Origin: Felis catus
Taxonomy: Eukaryota
Direction: 5' to 3'
Length of the DNA: 64,000 bases
Assembly: GCF_018350175.1 (NCBI RefSeq)
Contig: NC_058368.1
Span: forward strand, 213,778,001 to 213,842,000
The first letter of the stretch is position 1, and each line of letters begins with the position of its first letter. Shown piece by piece: positions 1 through 11,572 of this stretch. A program made the position numbers and the translations under genes. The notes under the pieces were generated by a model. It was given only the letters and a program-made list of their open reading frames with translations. It did not search any database and was not told the origin of the DNA.

Positions 1-99
1 TTAGTTGTCATTAGAGAGGAAAATGCACTCCTGTAAGAGAACCCAGTCAGTGCAATTCACTGTCTTGCTTTTTTAATGCCTTGAGTTAAGATACTCTGA

Positions 100-390
100 T
101 ATTAAACAGAGATGCTACTAAATGCACTGTGGAATCCTGGATCAGATCCTGGAACAGATAAAGGACGTTACTGAATTTGAATAAAGTGTGGAGTTTAGTT
201 AATAGGAATGTGCCATGTTGGTTTCTCAGTTCCGGCAAATGTACTGTGGTTATGTAAAATGTTAACAAAAGGGGGAACAGGAGTGAAGGGTAAGCAGGAA
301 TTCTATCTATCCTGCAGGAAAATATACTATCTTGGCAATTTTTCTATTTGCCTAAAATTACTACAGAATAGAAAGTTCATTAAAAATAAA
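100..390 (+). mobile_element. Old L1 (L1MC-like) 3' end remnant
   Basis: Motifs 'aaatgca..tggaatcctggatcagatcctggaacaga..aagga' and 'tttgaataaag..gtttagttaatag' resemble the L1MC 3' UTR; a related copy lies at 46790-47530. Confidence 0.7.
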
Positions 391-864
391 CACATTATAA
401 GTACCAATAAGCCAACAGTCTTAAACCTTTAATGTTTATCACATATTAAAGGAAGGAAACAAGTAATTTTCCACCCAAGTTGTGACTCCGTGTTCAGAAC
501 CATTTAGTGATAATCTGGCAAAGGTCTCCATTCATGGAAAAAGCAAAAACATTCACATATATGGTGGTAATTATATCAGGTGTTGACCTTGAGGGCAAGA
601 AGGCTGGGGCAATCCCGGGAAGAAGTTCAGAGTTGGCCAATCTCCCAAATGGACATCGACTACTGTCTGAGAAGCCAAGACCAGCTATAGAAGCACAAGC
701 TAGACCAGTCTCTACAGTTAGGAGACAAGTTGCCAGACTGGGCACAGGCTCCCTGCACCCACGACAGGAGGTATTTACAAACCCAGCAGGACCTGGCGCC
801 TGGTCAGGGATTTCAAGGACAAGCCAGCAGCATTTCCAGAGAGCAGCAGAGTAATTAAGCTCAC

Positions 865-1020
865 ATGTCCAGACGAGAAGCCTGGCAGGCCCGGGCTGCA
901 GAGCCAAACAGGCTTGCTCTTGGCCGCCTGTGTGTGTTCACCACCAAGAGTCTGGCCCCAGAAATGGGAGCAACACGCAGGTCGATTCCAGGCAGCACAG
1001 GAAGACTTAGCTTCCTAAGG
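865..1020 (-). other. Candidate internal non-coding (5' UTR) exon, 156 bp
   Basis: Minus strand has an acceptor TATTCCTCATTTCATGACAG|CC and a donor CAT|GTGAGC in repeat-free sequence, on the same strand as the CpG-island exon. Splice motifs only. Confidence 0.3.
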
Positions 1021-3029
1021 CTGTCATGAAATGAGGAATATTTTTTAAAATAGGTTTTCAAAGGGCAAAGTTCCTCCCGATCCTCAGGAGGCTGAATCCA
1101 TAGCCAGCCTACTGTACCTCCCATTAGCAGTTGCCTCAGAGATTTTATTTGTACCCAGCACTATTCTGATTTCCTTTCTGATTAGATGGGTGGGTGAAAG
1201 GCTTTCTGTTGCACGGTCTGCAAGCAAACTTTTGGAGATTCCTAATATTGGCACTACTAGTTCCCTCCGACAAGAGCCTTTGCTGTGAAGAGAAGCTGGA
1301 GTCACTAATGATAGTGACTTGTCTCCTAGGATCTGGGTAAACTCTGGTGACAGGCGGCCAGTGCAGGGACTTTTCCTCTCCAAGCTCACTCTCCATTCAG
1401 CTTTTCCATGACACATACCCTAACTGTGAATGAATGAAAGAATGAAGGAAGGAATAAATGAATGAATGGAGACTTGGCAAGCCTTGTGAATCATTTCCTG
1501 AGTACAAAATATAACATAAACATATAATAATTCCGTATTTGATATCTTACCAAGATACTGTGTTAGATGCATTTAAAATCTTTGGTTAATGGTATTTGAG
1601 GATTTGATAAAATTCTACATACAGACTCTGTATTTTTATATAAGTTTAGGCATTCCACAGAGCCCTGGCAGGTGAGTTTAATAGTCCTTGACTGGTACAG
1701 TCTCAGTACTACAGAATCTAAGCAACTTAATAAAAAAAGGAACCTTCAAAAATCTAAAATTCATTCCTGAAAGGAAGTAAATTAAAAATGGATAAGTAGA
1801 CACAAGTACACAACTTTCCAAATTTTCAGCCCATTGGTGAGAGGTCAGAAATACCTCTGTTTCCTCATCTGTAAAAAGGTATTATTTCCTTGGGATGCTA
1901 CAGAGTAAATTAAATGAGCTAGTATTTATAAAGCATGGAAACAATGCCTGGCACAGCGTAAGCATTGCCTAAGAGTCTGTTACAAAAAACACAATTTAGT
2001 ACAACACAATACAATGACAAGTATCTTATCAGGTCACAAACACTCCACAAAAGAGCTGTGATGAATTTCAGTGTCCTTCTCAAAGACAACATTTCTCAAG
2101 ATGAAAGGCAAGCAGCTGCTTTAACCCACTCTTTAAAATCCTCAGTTTTTAAGAGGAAAACTTTTGAAAGCATAAGCTCCTGGAAATGTCTTTAAGCATA
2201 AGCTGCTTTGTGAAAGTGAAAAAATATTTTGATTTCCACACAAAAACTTGGAATCTGTGCCAATCCAGCATGGATCTTTCAGTCAAGTGCAAAGAAAAGA
2301 AGAAGCACCTGTAAAGTCGTTTTAATAGGCAGATAATGCTCTGATAAGCATGTCTCCCACACCAGACAAGATGGCCCTTCTTCTTGGTTTGTTCAATGGA
2401 GGATGGCTTATAACCAGAGACCACCATCTTGCCCACCTCTCTTCCCCTCAAACAGGGTATAGGACATTACCATGAATCTAGAAAGAGGAGCTGGAGGAAG
2501 AGGAGGAAGGGGAGGAGGAGGGGAAGGAGGAGAAGGAGTTCCTTAATGACGAAGGACCCTAACTAATTCTCCCTATGACATAGCTTGAAAGCAAAAATAA
2601 GGAACATGGTTTAAAATGCCCAGACTATGGGGGGGAGGGGGGGGGGCACTGTGATGCAGGACTGAAGGCCCCAGTTGCAGAAGTGCCCCCAGCACACAGC
2701 TCTTAGCTGCCCACTCTCTAGATGAATTGCCCTCAGCAGCTGCTTCCAATGTGAGGCACAAAGGCTTGGCTCCCCTATTGGTATTAGTCTAGAGCTCCTG
2801 GGGGGTGCCTGAGTCCTTGGCTGAGACCACACTGCATCCCAGCTTCTCCCCTGGCCCAGTTCCATGTCCCACCCTTCCCCCACTGCATCTGATCACAAGA
2901 CATGCCCCAGAAGCTTCCCGGTGGTATTACCACTCAGAGTCGGCTTCCAAGGAAACCCAACCTGCAACACACACGGGCCCTAGGGGAATGCCTGTTGACC
3001 ACCTTTCCTATCTGCTTGGGTTTGTATAA

Positions 3030-3140
3030 GGAGCTTTACTGAGGTATAACTGACATACAATAAACTGTACATATTTAACGCATACAAGTTGATTATGTTT
3101 AACATACGTATATACCCATGAAACCACATCGCAATTAAAA
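3030..3140 (-). mobile_element. L1M 3' end fragment
   Basis: 'ctttactgaggtataactgacatacaataaactgtacatattt' is the reverse complement of a typical old L1 3' terminus. Confidence 0.65.
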
Positions 3141-3994
3141 GGATTCTCACCTAGATGGTGGGTCTCACATAGATGCTGGTGCAACACAGACCGTAATCTG
3201 GTGTTTTCTTGGGCTTAGCCTCCCCAAGTCCCACATTTGCATTCTCCACACCTTTCAGCTTCTGGCAGAAAACATGTTACTTGACCTCTCTCTGCCTTCA
3301 TTTGTCACGTTGAGGCAACAATAGCACCAACCTCAAAGGGCTGTTGCATTGATTAAATGAAATAATGGAAATCAAGCTCACAGTGCTGTGCTCTCAACAA
3401 ATTGCAGCCATTAATGTTTTATGATTATGAATCCCAAATGTTTCATCTGGCTCAGACTCCTTCCCTCTCCAACTCCCACATTCCTCTACAGGCTCCCATT
3501 ATCACTGACTCTCCCAGTCTGGAGGCATTCAGTCGGCCACAAAGTTCTGTCTTGTCCTCCTTCTTCCCTCCCCTCCCTGTCCTCTGACCACCACCCTCGT
3601 CCAGACTGCTATCATCTCTTACCTTCCCTTTTATAATTGCCCAGTTCAGTGCTTTCTAGACATCTGGATTTCACAGGCCAATAAAAAGTTTACAAATTAT
3701 TTTTGGAACTACAACATTTCTTACTTTCCTTTTGCCGATAAAGAGACTAAATAAATATCATTGAGAAACACCATAATTGAATTAATGACAAGACAGGTTA
3801 ACCTCTTCCAAAGTAGGAAGTCCACAGTGCAGCATCAAGCTATGTTTAAAATGAGTATGTTTAGCTTTAAGAAAAACTCACTGCACGGACCTCATTCTCC
3901 TCAGCTACCCCAGACCGATAGAGATTCCAGCACCAACCAGCAGCTGCCGTTTCAGACAGAGTTTGGAAGCTTGTTGGTCTGTCATCTTCTTGAC

Positions 3995-4302
3995 TGTCTT
4001 AGCTCAGGCTGCTGTAACAAACTGCCATAGACTGGGTGGCTTATACAGCAGTTATTTTTCACAGTTCTGGAGGCTGGGGACTCCAAGATCAAGGTGCCTG
4101 CTGATTCGGTTCTCTTCCTTGTTCTGTCCTCACATGGCAGACAGAGAGAGAGTTAGCAAGCGCTCTTCTTTTAAGGGCACTAATCCCATCCTGAGGGCTC
4201 CACCTTCATGACCTAATTACTGCCCCAAACCCTCATCTCAGATACCATCACAACAGGGATGACTTTGTAGTAGGAGATGACACACAGACATTCAGTCCAG
4301 GG
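3995..4302 (-). mobile_element. MaLR solo LTR, MLT1A-like
   Basis: Starts 'tgtcttagctcaggctgctgtaacaaa', contains 'cacagttctggaggctgggga..ccaagatcaaggtgcc' and 'aagggcactaatcccat', ends 'acattcagtcca'. Confidence 0.8.
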
Positions 4303-5052
4303 CTCTGACTGATCTCTCTCCTCTCTATCCCACACAAATCCTCCTACAACACACCCTATGCACATGACCTTCTTGCTGGAAATCCAAGGGTCATACCCTG
4401 TCTTTCTGGGTAGGGCTCATCTAACATAACATCCCAGGGCATGTCCCCAGTGCAACAGTTTGCATTTTAGACCCGGAAGGCACTGTCCCATAGAAACATG
4501 GAAGTGTGCAGTGGGGAGACCCCTGTGCCCCAACAGTCTGTACTAAAGGGAGCACAGCCCTGTCCTCACAGCCCTACAGAACCAGCAGCCACAGGTAAGA
4601 GAACTACTCTGGGGAAAGAGCCAGATTTCCCACCTGAGATGCTCCAGTGGGGAACCGTGTGACACCAATTGAAAGACCAGGTTGGCAGTTTCCTGCCACT
4701 CTTCTCCTTTCCCCACATGGGGACACCTGCTTTGGGTGACTTTCCTGGTGCAGCAGCCATTTTCCCCGCCCACCCCCCCACACCATCTCAAACCTTCTTA
4801 CTAAAACACACAGAAAAGGACTCCTAAGATTGTTTACTGTTACCAGCAATAGGAAACAGACAATGGCTAAAAATCACAATAGGCAAGGTGATAGCCCTTC
4901 TAGAAGTCTACAAAGAGTTCATCAGCAGAATAATAACTAAGTTCAGTGGTACATAAAGGAAGCGAATCCTCCCACTGCCCAACCCCATCCACCTTAGCCC
5001 TTCTCTACTCCATAACTGCAGAAGCTTCTTTGGCTCCAAGAACCATCCCCTA

Positions 5053-5267
5053 GGGGTGCCTGGGTGGCTCAGTTGGTTGAGAGACCGACTTCAGCTCAGG
5101 TCATGATCTCATGGTTTGTGAGTTCGAGCCCCGTGTCGGGCTCTGTGCTGAAAGCTCAGAGCCTGGAGCCTGCTTCTGATTCTGTGTCTCCCTCTCTCTC
5201 TGCCCCTCCCTCATTCATGCTGTCTCTCTCTGTCTCAGAAATAAATAAACATTAAAAAAAAAAAAAA
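5053..5267 (+). mobile_element. CanSINE with 15-bp TSD
   Basis: tRNA-like head GGGGTGCCTGGGTGGCTCAG, (CT)n, AATAAA, A tail; AAGAACCATCCCCTA at 5038-5052 and 5266-5280. Confidence 0.97.
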
Positions 5268-5689
5268 GAACCATCCCCTAAACCCTAACCCCAGAGACTA
5301 TCTTCTTTGAATCTCCTAGAATTTCAGGTTGGCACACCTGGGCTTCATACCTTCTCCTACACTCCCCCACCCCTTTTAAACTCCTATTTAAAAAAACAAA
5401 GACTCTAAAGTGCAAAGTGGGCTCTCTGGGTACTGAGAGGGCCCTAGTGAGATCCTAGTATGTATCAAAAGCAAACTCAGATCCGCTGTCACTAACAGAG
5501 GAAGGCTAACTCTTCCTGGACAAGGACAGGAGGCCCCTGGGCCGGAGGAAGGATTGAGGAGGGAGGGGACGCAACAGCCACCCCTTTAATCAACCTGAGG
5601 GAATAAGATGGAACCAGACCAAACTTGCTGGAACACAACCCAGCAACTGCAGGGACACCTTTGAGCCTCCGGGTCCCAACTGCTGCTGT

Positions 5690-5850
5690 GGACCGCTGCT
5701 GCTCCACAGGTGGTACCCCAGCCCACAGTAGCAGCATTACCCTGGAGCCCAACAGAAACAGACTCTAGGGCTCCTCCCCAGACCTACTAAATTAGAATCT
5801 GCATTTTAGCAAAATCGTTTGTACATTAAAGTCTGAGAAGCAGTGTTCTA
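5690..5850. mobile_element. MER5-like hAT-Charlie remnant
   Basis: 'ccccagacctactaaattagaatctgcattttagcaa..gtacattaaagtctgagaagcagtg'. Confidence 0.7.
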
Positions 5851-5862
5851 GAATATCTAGGT

Positions 5863-6073
5863 CAGTGGTTCTCAAACTAGGGTATTTTTGCCTCCCACCG
5901 GGTCATCTGGCAATGTTCGAAGACATTTTTGGTTGTCACTACTGGGAGGCACTACTGGCTTCTAGTGGGTAGAGGCCAGGGATGCTGCTAGACATTTTAT
6001 AAGTCACAAGGCACCTCCCACTTAAAGAATTACCTGGCTCTAAATGTCAACAGTTCTGACACTGAGAAACCCT
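5863..6073. mobile_element. MER20 hAT-Charlie element, full length
   Basis: Termini CAGTGGTTCTCA..TGAGAAACCCTG; internal 'tctagtgggtagaggccagggatgctgcta'; degenerate 8-bp TSD atctaggt/atctggat. Confidence 0.88.
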
Positions 6074-6119
6074 GATCTGGATGAAAATCAGGAGAGAGTT
6101 GGACGAGAGGACCTAGATC

Positions 6120-6315
6120 CCTGCTACTCCAAGTGTGGACCGCAGACCAGTGGCAGCAGCAGAGGAGGAGACCATTAAGTGCAAAACCTCTGACCTGATC
6201 CCCACCTATGGCATCAGAACCTATGACATTCCAGGTGGAGCCCAGGAATCTGTATTTTAACAAGCTCTTCCTGGAACTGCATGCATGCTTTTTGCTTCTC
6301 AAATTTTGCACTGAG
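6120..6315. mobile_element. MER5A-like hAT-Charlie remnant
   Basis: 'gctactccaagtgtggaccgcagaccag' and 'gcccaggaatctgtattttaacaagctc'. Confidence 0.7.
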
Positions 6316-6909
6316 AAGTATTAGCATGGGCCATGGGTCCCCACCCTCAGGACAGCAATCAGAAAAAGTAGGTTCAGCCAGGTTCTCCACTTGTCCAGGA
6401 TTCCCACCAGTAACACCTGCAGCCAGGATTTGAGGAAGGGAGCTCTGGTGGCTGTGGAGGTGATGGGGCTGGCACCAGTCTCTTTGCTACACGACTGAGA
6501 GACAATGGCTTAGAGGTTTTGGTCATTGCTATGAGCAGTGTGCCAGGCTCATGGTCCTAACGCTGACCTCAAGAGTATCCTGGCATGACGGTGTACAGGA
6601 AAAGGAGAATTCAGAGCTATCAGACAACAAAGGCCAGACAACATTCAAAATGGTGTTACTGCACCATGTGACATCCTAGCGATGAAAGCAAGGAGGTTGT
6701 TAGTGATAGGGAATTATATTTAGTATGTTTTCAGACCTTCAATGCCACTCCCTCTGGAAAGCCTTCCCTGATCTCCTCTGATGGAGTCATCACCTCTTTT
6801 TTGCTATTCTCCATTCATTGTCCTCATCCTTTCATTGTCTTCCTACACTGAGAATTCTGCTAATTCTCCTGCCTATAGCAGGGTGAATTCCTTGAGGACA
6901 GGAATTGTA

Positions 6910-7316
6910 TTGTAGCAAAGGTTGGGGACACAGCCCCTGGCCCACCCTTCTGGAGATCACCTACGTAGTTCTCAAACCTGCTCTAGTGTTCTGACTCTCT
7001 GCCTGAGGGAAGCGCCAAGGAGTTTACTCCCCCAGAAGCAACCCATGTCCAGTGAAGGAATAAGAGTGGGAGTTGATGTATAAATAACCCTCGTTATTTA
7101 TTGCCTTGTGGGACAATTCTGAGGTGTGATCTGTACAGTCTCGTACAGACCCACAGAGGACCTGAGCTGTCATTGCCGTTGTCATTCCAGTAGCCTCACT
7201 GGCACACTCTTGATCAACTTTTCTCCCTTCCTCTCTCACCTCCCCATTCCTCACCACCATTTCTGCACCCAAATCCTTGCCTCAGAGTCTGCTGTTAGGG
7301 AATCCCAAATAAGACA
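6910..7316 (+). mobile_element. ERVL solo LTR (LTR16-like) inside an L2 3' end
   Basis: 'gggacaattctgaggtgtg' and terminal 'cccaaatccttgcctcagagtctgctgttagggaatcccaaataagaca'; L2 3' sequence on both sides (about 6730-6910 and 7320-7410). Confidence 0.65.
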
Positions 7317-7583
7317 AACATCTTGATCACTGCTGAATCCCCAGTATTTAGTCACCTCCCTAGCACAGTAAATGCTTACAAATATAAATATTTATGGAAA
7401 TTAAATAAAAGTCTTTTCATGCTTGGAAAATTGAAAAACAATAGCAAATAAAAATTACCAAAAAACCTACTTGATGGCCTGGGTGATATATAATCTAGAA
7501 GAATGTATCTACATTTCCTCTCCTCGAGTTTTGGTCACAACTCTAAAGCAACAGTCACCTAACTACAGTAACAATCAAATCTC

Positions 7584-7805
7584 AGGGCACCGGGGTGGCT
7601 CAGTTGGTTAAATGTCCAACTCTTGATCTTGGCTCAGGTACCAATCTCACGGTTTGTGGGATCGAATCCAGTGTCAGGCTCTGCACTGACAGCATGGAGC
7701 CTGCTTGGGATTGTCTCTATCCCTTGCGGTCTGCCCCTCCTCCACTCATGCATGTGTGCATGCGTGTTCTCTCTCTCAAAATAAGTTCAACAACAACAAC
7801 ACAAT
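7584..7805 (+). mobile_element. CanSINE
   Basis: Head 'gggcaccggggtggctcagttggttaa', (CAA)n tail, TSD aatctca. Confidence 0.92.
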
Positions 7806-8226
7806 AGAATCTCATCCTCATGTAGAAAAAGAGGAGAGCTCAGTGGGTAGGTGTTCCAGCTCTAAGGTCCGGTAGAATGAGGCCTAAATTCCTAGCCTGG
7901 ATAGCTGCTAAGTGTCCTGAGCCTCAGTTTGGTCACCTGTCAAATGGGAATAATAATAGTACCTGTTTGCCGGGTTGTGGGGAGGATTTATAAGATAAAG
8001 GATTTATTAAAGGATTTAGTATAGTCCTGGCCAAGCATAAACCCTCAATAAACAGCCTCAACATCATTATGGTTACCATTACTATTGTATTGCCTGTTTA
8101 AGGCTGTGCTCATGTTTGTTCAGATGACGAGTGACTAGTACATAATAGACAGTCAACAATCAGTTACTCCATGAATGAATGAAATGATTATCCGAAAGGA
8201 ACATGTAAAAAGCCTGCAAAAACTCC

Positions 8227-8385
8227 TGGGGCTCCTGGGTAGGTCTGTCCATTAGGGGTCCAACTCTTGATCTCAGTTCAAGTCTTCAAGTCACCTCAGG
8301 GTCATGAGTTTAAGGCCACATTAGGTTTTGCATTGGGCTCTATGCGGGGCATGGAGCCTGCTTAAATAATAAAAAATAAAAAAAC
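8227..8385 (+). mobile_element. Older, diverged CanSINE
   Basis: 'ggggctcctgggtagg..catggagcctgctt', TSD aaaaactcct. Confidence 0.8.
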
Positions 8386-8508
8386 TCCTAATAATTTTTA
8401 CTGTTCTTTAATCCTACCTCTGTTACTCAGAAGCTGTGTGAACTCGGGAAAGTCAACCTGTCTGATGTTTTGTGGGCCCTACTTGTAAAACTTGGATTAG
8501 TATTAGAT

Positions 8509-8586
8509 TCTTCCTTCCTTCCTTCCTTCCTTCCTTCCTTCCTTCCTTCCTTCCTTCCTTCCTTCTCTCCCTCTCTCTCTCCCTTT

Positions 8587-8646
<60 letters not shown>

Positions 8647-8765
8647 TCAAGATTTATGTATGATGTATGTATGTATGTAACCTCTACACCCAATGTGGGA
8701 CTTGAACTCACAACCCTGAGGTCAAGAATCACATCTTCTACCAATGGGGCCAGCCAGGCACCCCT
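8509..8765 (-). mobile_element. CanSINE whose tail is a compound (TTCC)n(TTTC)n microsatellite
   Basis: Reverse head '..cagccaggcacccc' ends near 8765; microsatellite at 8509-8648; degenerate TSD gattagtattagatt/gattagtaacagatt encloses both. Confidence 0.88.
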
Positions 8766-8994
8766 CGATTAGTAACAGATTATTTTTAAGGCCTCTTCCA
8801 GGCCTTCACCTGAAGATGAAATGACTCCAGGAAAGGGTGGCAGGAGCCACTCCACACCTGGAGGTCAGAACAGAACAGGGAGCACGAGGTAGGCAGAGTG
8901 CTGCTCAGCCCCAGCCTCCCAAGGCCGGGGGGTTCCAACACTGCTCCCTTGTCTTGGTTAGGCTGGTTTTATTTTTATTTAAAAAACAAAACAA

Positions 8995-9220
8995 GGGGCC
9001 CTTGGGTGGCTCAGGTGGTTAAGCATCCGACTCGACTTCAGCTCAGGTCATGATCTCATGGTTTATGATACCCAGCCCCGTGTCAGGGCTGATAGTTGGA
9101 GCCTGCTTGGGTCTCAGTCTCTCAGTCTCTCAGTCTCTCTCTCTCTCTCTCTCTCTCTCTACCCCCTCTTCCGTCCTCCCCCGTCTCAAAATAAGTGAAC
9201 ATTTAAAAAAATAAAAAACA
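8995..9220 (+). mobile_element. CanSINE
   Basis: Head, 'gctcaggtcatgatctc', (CT)n, A-rich tail. Confidence 0.92.
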
Positions 9221-10049
9221 ACCCCCCACACACACAAATTCCCAAGAAACTCCTGAGATGCTATTTCTACCTTTTTCCCCTTATCCTTCATTCTCTACTA
9301 CACTTCATTAAAAAGCAGGCCCTCTGGAGATCACCAAGCATTCATTGCAGATTTTGAAATATTTTTTCTCCAGCCTATCATTAGCTATATTTGCCTGCAA
9401 ATAAGATTGATGTTTTTTAAAGCTCATCTACTTGCAGCCCCAGAATGTAATCCCCTCCCGGTTATTACCATCCATTTATGACATCAGGAACAGCAGGAGA
9501 CCTAAACTCCAAAACCCAAATGATCTTGACATGCAAATGTGTCATAAAAACCCAACAACAGCAGAAGATTTCAAAGAATTTAGTGGCAACAGAGCTGCTG
9601 TTCGCTGGTTGTATCTGAGGAGTTTTCCAGGCAATGGTCAAAGTTGCTTTACGATGGACAGTTAGACCCAAAGTTCTCTGCTCCACGTCAGAACCTTCTA
9701 ACAGGGCAGGCGGGAACGCACCGGGGTTTTGAGGGACAAGGATGGCTTTCTCCAAAGGGGGCACACAAGGTGGTTTGTATTTATTCATCATCTCCTTCTT
9801 TTTTACCAAAAAGCAAATTCCTGTACAGATTGGAAACCAGACCTACACGTCTGCACGTACTAGAGACTAGAGTGCGGTGACGATGAAGTCAGTTGGTTAG
9901 AGAACTTCCTCTCTGCACACGTCCCTCACCTTCCTCGAGCAGTGGTCCAACTTTTCTCAAGTATCATCACCCGCACTGCCTCCTGCCGTCTGGTGGTCCA
10001 GACGACCCTTCCCGGCGAGCCGGCAGCGACTGGCAAACCGACAGGCGGG

Positions 10050-10490
10050 ACCGCGGCAGGCCTGCTGCGCACATGCCACACTCCGGGCCCCCCTGCCCCT
10101 GCCCCTCTTCCTCCCTGAGGGCCTTATACTTGCTCCTTCCTCCCTCACATCGGCGCCTGGCTGGCTCGTGTTCCAGGCCTCTGCTCAACGGTCACTCTCC
10201 CAGAGCAGCCTTCCCTGGCCATACTCTCTAACCAGGCCCCTCCATGACCCTGCAGACCCTGTACCCGCTCTGTTTTTCTATGAGAAGCATTAGGTTCCTC
10301 AAGTTATACTGCATACATCGTTAGTTCCCTTGTTTCCTGTCTGTCCTTGTCTCTCCTAAAATGTAAGCACTACGTGGGGCTGAGGTTTCGAAGGCCTTGC
10401 TCACCGCTACCTCTCTACTGCCAGAAGAGTGCATACGGCCGCTCCCTGAATTTGTGCTGATCGGCTGGCTGATCGGCTGATCGGCTGATC
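10050..10490 (+). mobile_element. L2 3' end, unusually GC/CpG-rich
   Basis: Order of motifs matches the L2 3' end: 'ctcaacggtcactctcccagagcagccttccctggcca', 'taaaatgtaagcactacgtggggc', 'tgctcaccgcta', 'aatttgtgctga'. Confidence 0.65.
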
Positions 10491-10543
10491 GTCTGCTCTC
10501 AGGCTGAGAGGTCACACGTCTGCTCTCAGGCTGAGAGGTCACA
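10490..10543. repeat. Perfect 27-bp tandem duplication
   Basis: CGTCTGCTCTCAGGCTGAGAGGTCACA at 10490-10516 and 10517-10543. Confidence 0.95.
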
Positions 10544-11349
10544 CGAAACACAGTGCCCCGCCTGGGAGGCTGAGTCTGCAGGCTCCTGAAAGGCTGCTCT
10601 TCCAGTACTGCTCCACCTTAAACTTCTGCCCCATCCCTGCATTCCTTGCCTTCAGTTTCTGCATCTATGACTATTCTCCCATAGTATAGTCTCCCAGGCT
10701 TCCCAAAACCAAGACTGTGAACTACAGTGGGGAAGAACAGACAAATGGAGAACACTCTGTGGAGAGCCAGTGGGGTTAATCCCTCCTAAACCATCCTGCC
10801 AACTTTTTTTCTGAGCACCCAGCTCACCAGTCTATTTTTAGGTCACTCTAATGGTAACCTAAACAGTAAAAGCAGCCATCACCTCATAAATGCAGGATCA
10901 GCAGGCCTCTTGCATGTATGAACTTGTCAAGATAATCACAAAAGGCACTTTTCCTTGAGATCATTAAAAACAATTAGTAAGAAAATATTTTTTTGAATAA
11001 GGAGATAAGTTCAGCTGCAGGAGAAACATGCTCATTTCTTATATCCAAAAAATTAAAACCCCATGTTCCTTTAGAAGGTCCTGGGCCTGTTGGAACAGGA
11101 AGATACATTCCACAATGGCTCCGACCCTGGGAGGTTCAGCACACCCTCCGGCTTCCACCTGCAGACTAAGGCCGGCTGGATAACCATCTCTTCCTCCTGG
11201 TCACAGGGGATGCTTCCCCAGGGAGCCTCTGCCCTGGCTGGGTGTCCCACTCCTTATCCACAAGCATTTGCAAAATTTTCTCATGTATTCTCTAGAAAAG
11301 TACTCTTGAGAACTCCTGAAAGTCACTATTATTAGAAGTGTAGGTTCTA

Positions 11350-11572
11350 GGGGCGCCTGGTTGGCGCAGTCGGTTAAGCGTCCGACTTCAGCCAGGTCAC
11401 GATCTCGCAGTCCGTGAGTTCGAGCCCCGCGTCAGGCTCTGGGCTGATGGCTCGGAGCCTGGAGCCTGTTTCCACTTCTGTGTCTCCCTCTCTCTCTGCC
11501 CCGCCCCCGTTCATGCTCTGTCTCTCTCTGTCCCCAAAATAAATAAAAAAAAAAAAAAAAAAAAAAAAAAAA
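11350..11572 (+). mobile_element. Young cat-type CanSINE (SINEC_Fc-like)
   Basis: Retains CpGs ('gcgcagtcggttaagcgtccgacttcagccaggtcacgatctcgc'), pure A run 11545-11572, perfect 16-bp TSD AGAAGTGTAGGTTCTA. Confidence 0.98.

Noticed and set aside
5064..5255. Recurrent 'MAQLV..PTSAQVMIS..SSSP.SGSVLTAQSLEPASDSVSP' peptides across the window
   Set aside because: Translations of CanSINE copies, not a gene family.
8427..8772. KERK/KEGR-repeat ORFs (also 50678-51091)
   Set aside because: Translations of tetranucleotide microsatellites.
11350..11430. tRNA-like A/B boxes
   Set aside because: They are the tRNA-derived heads of SINEs, not tRNA genes.
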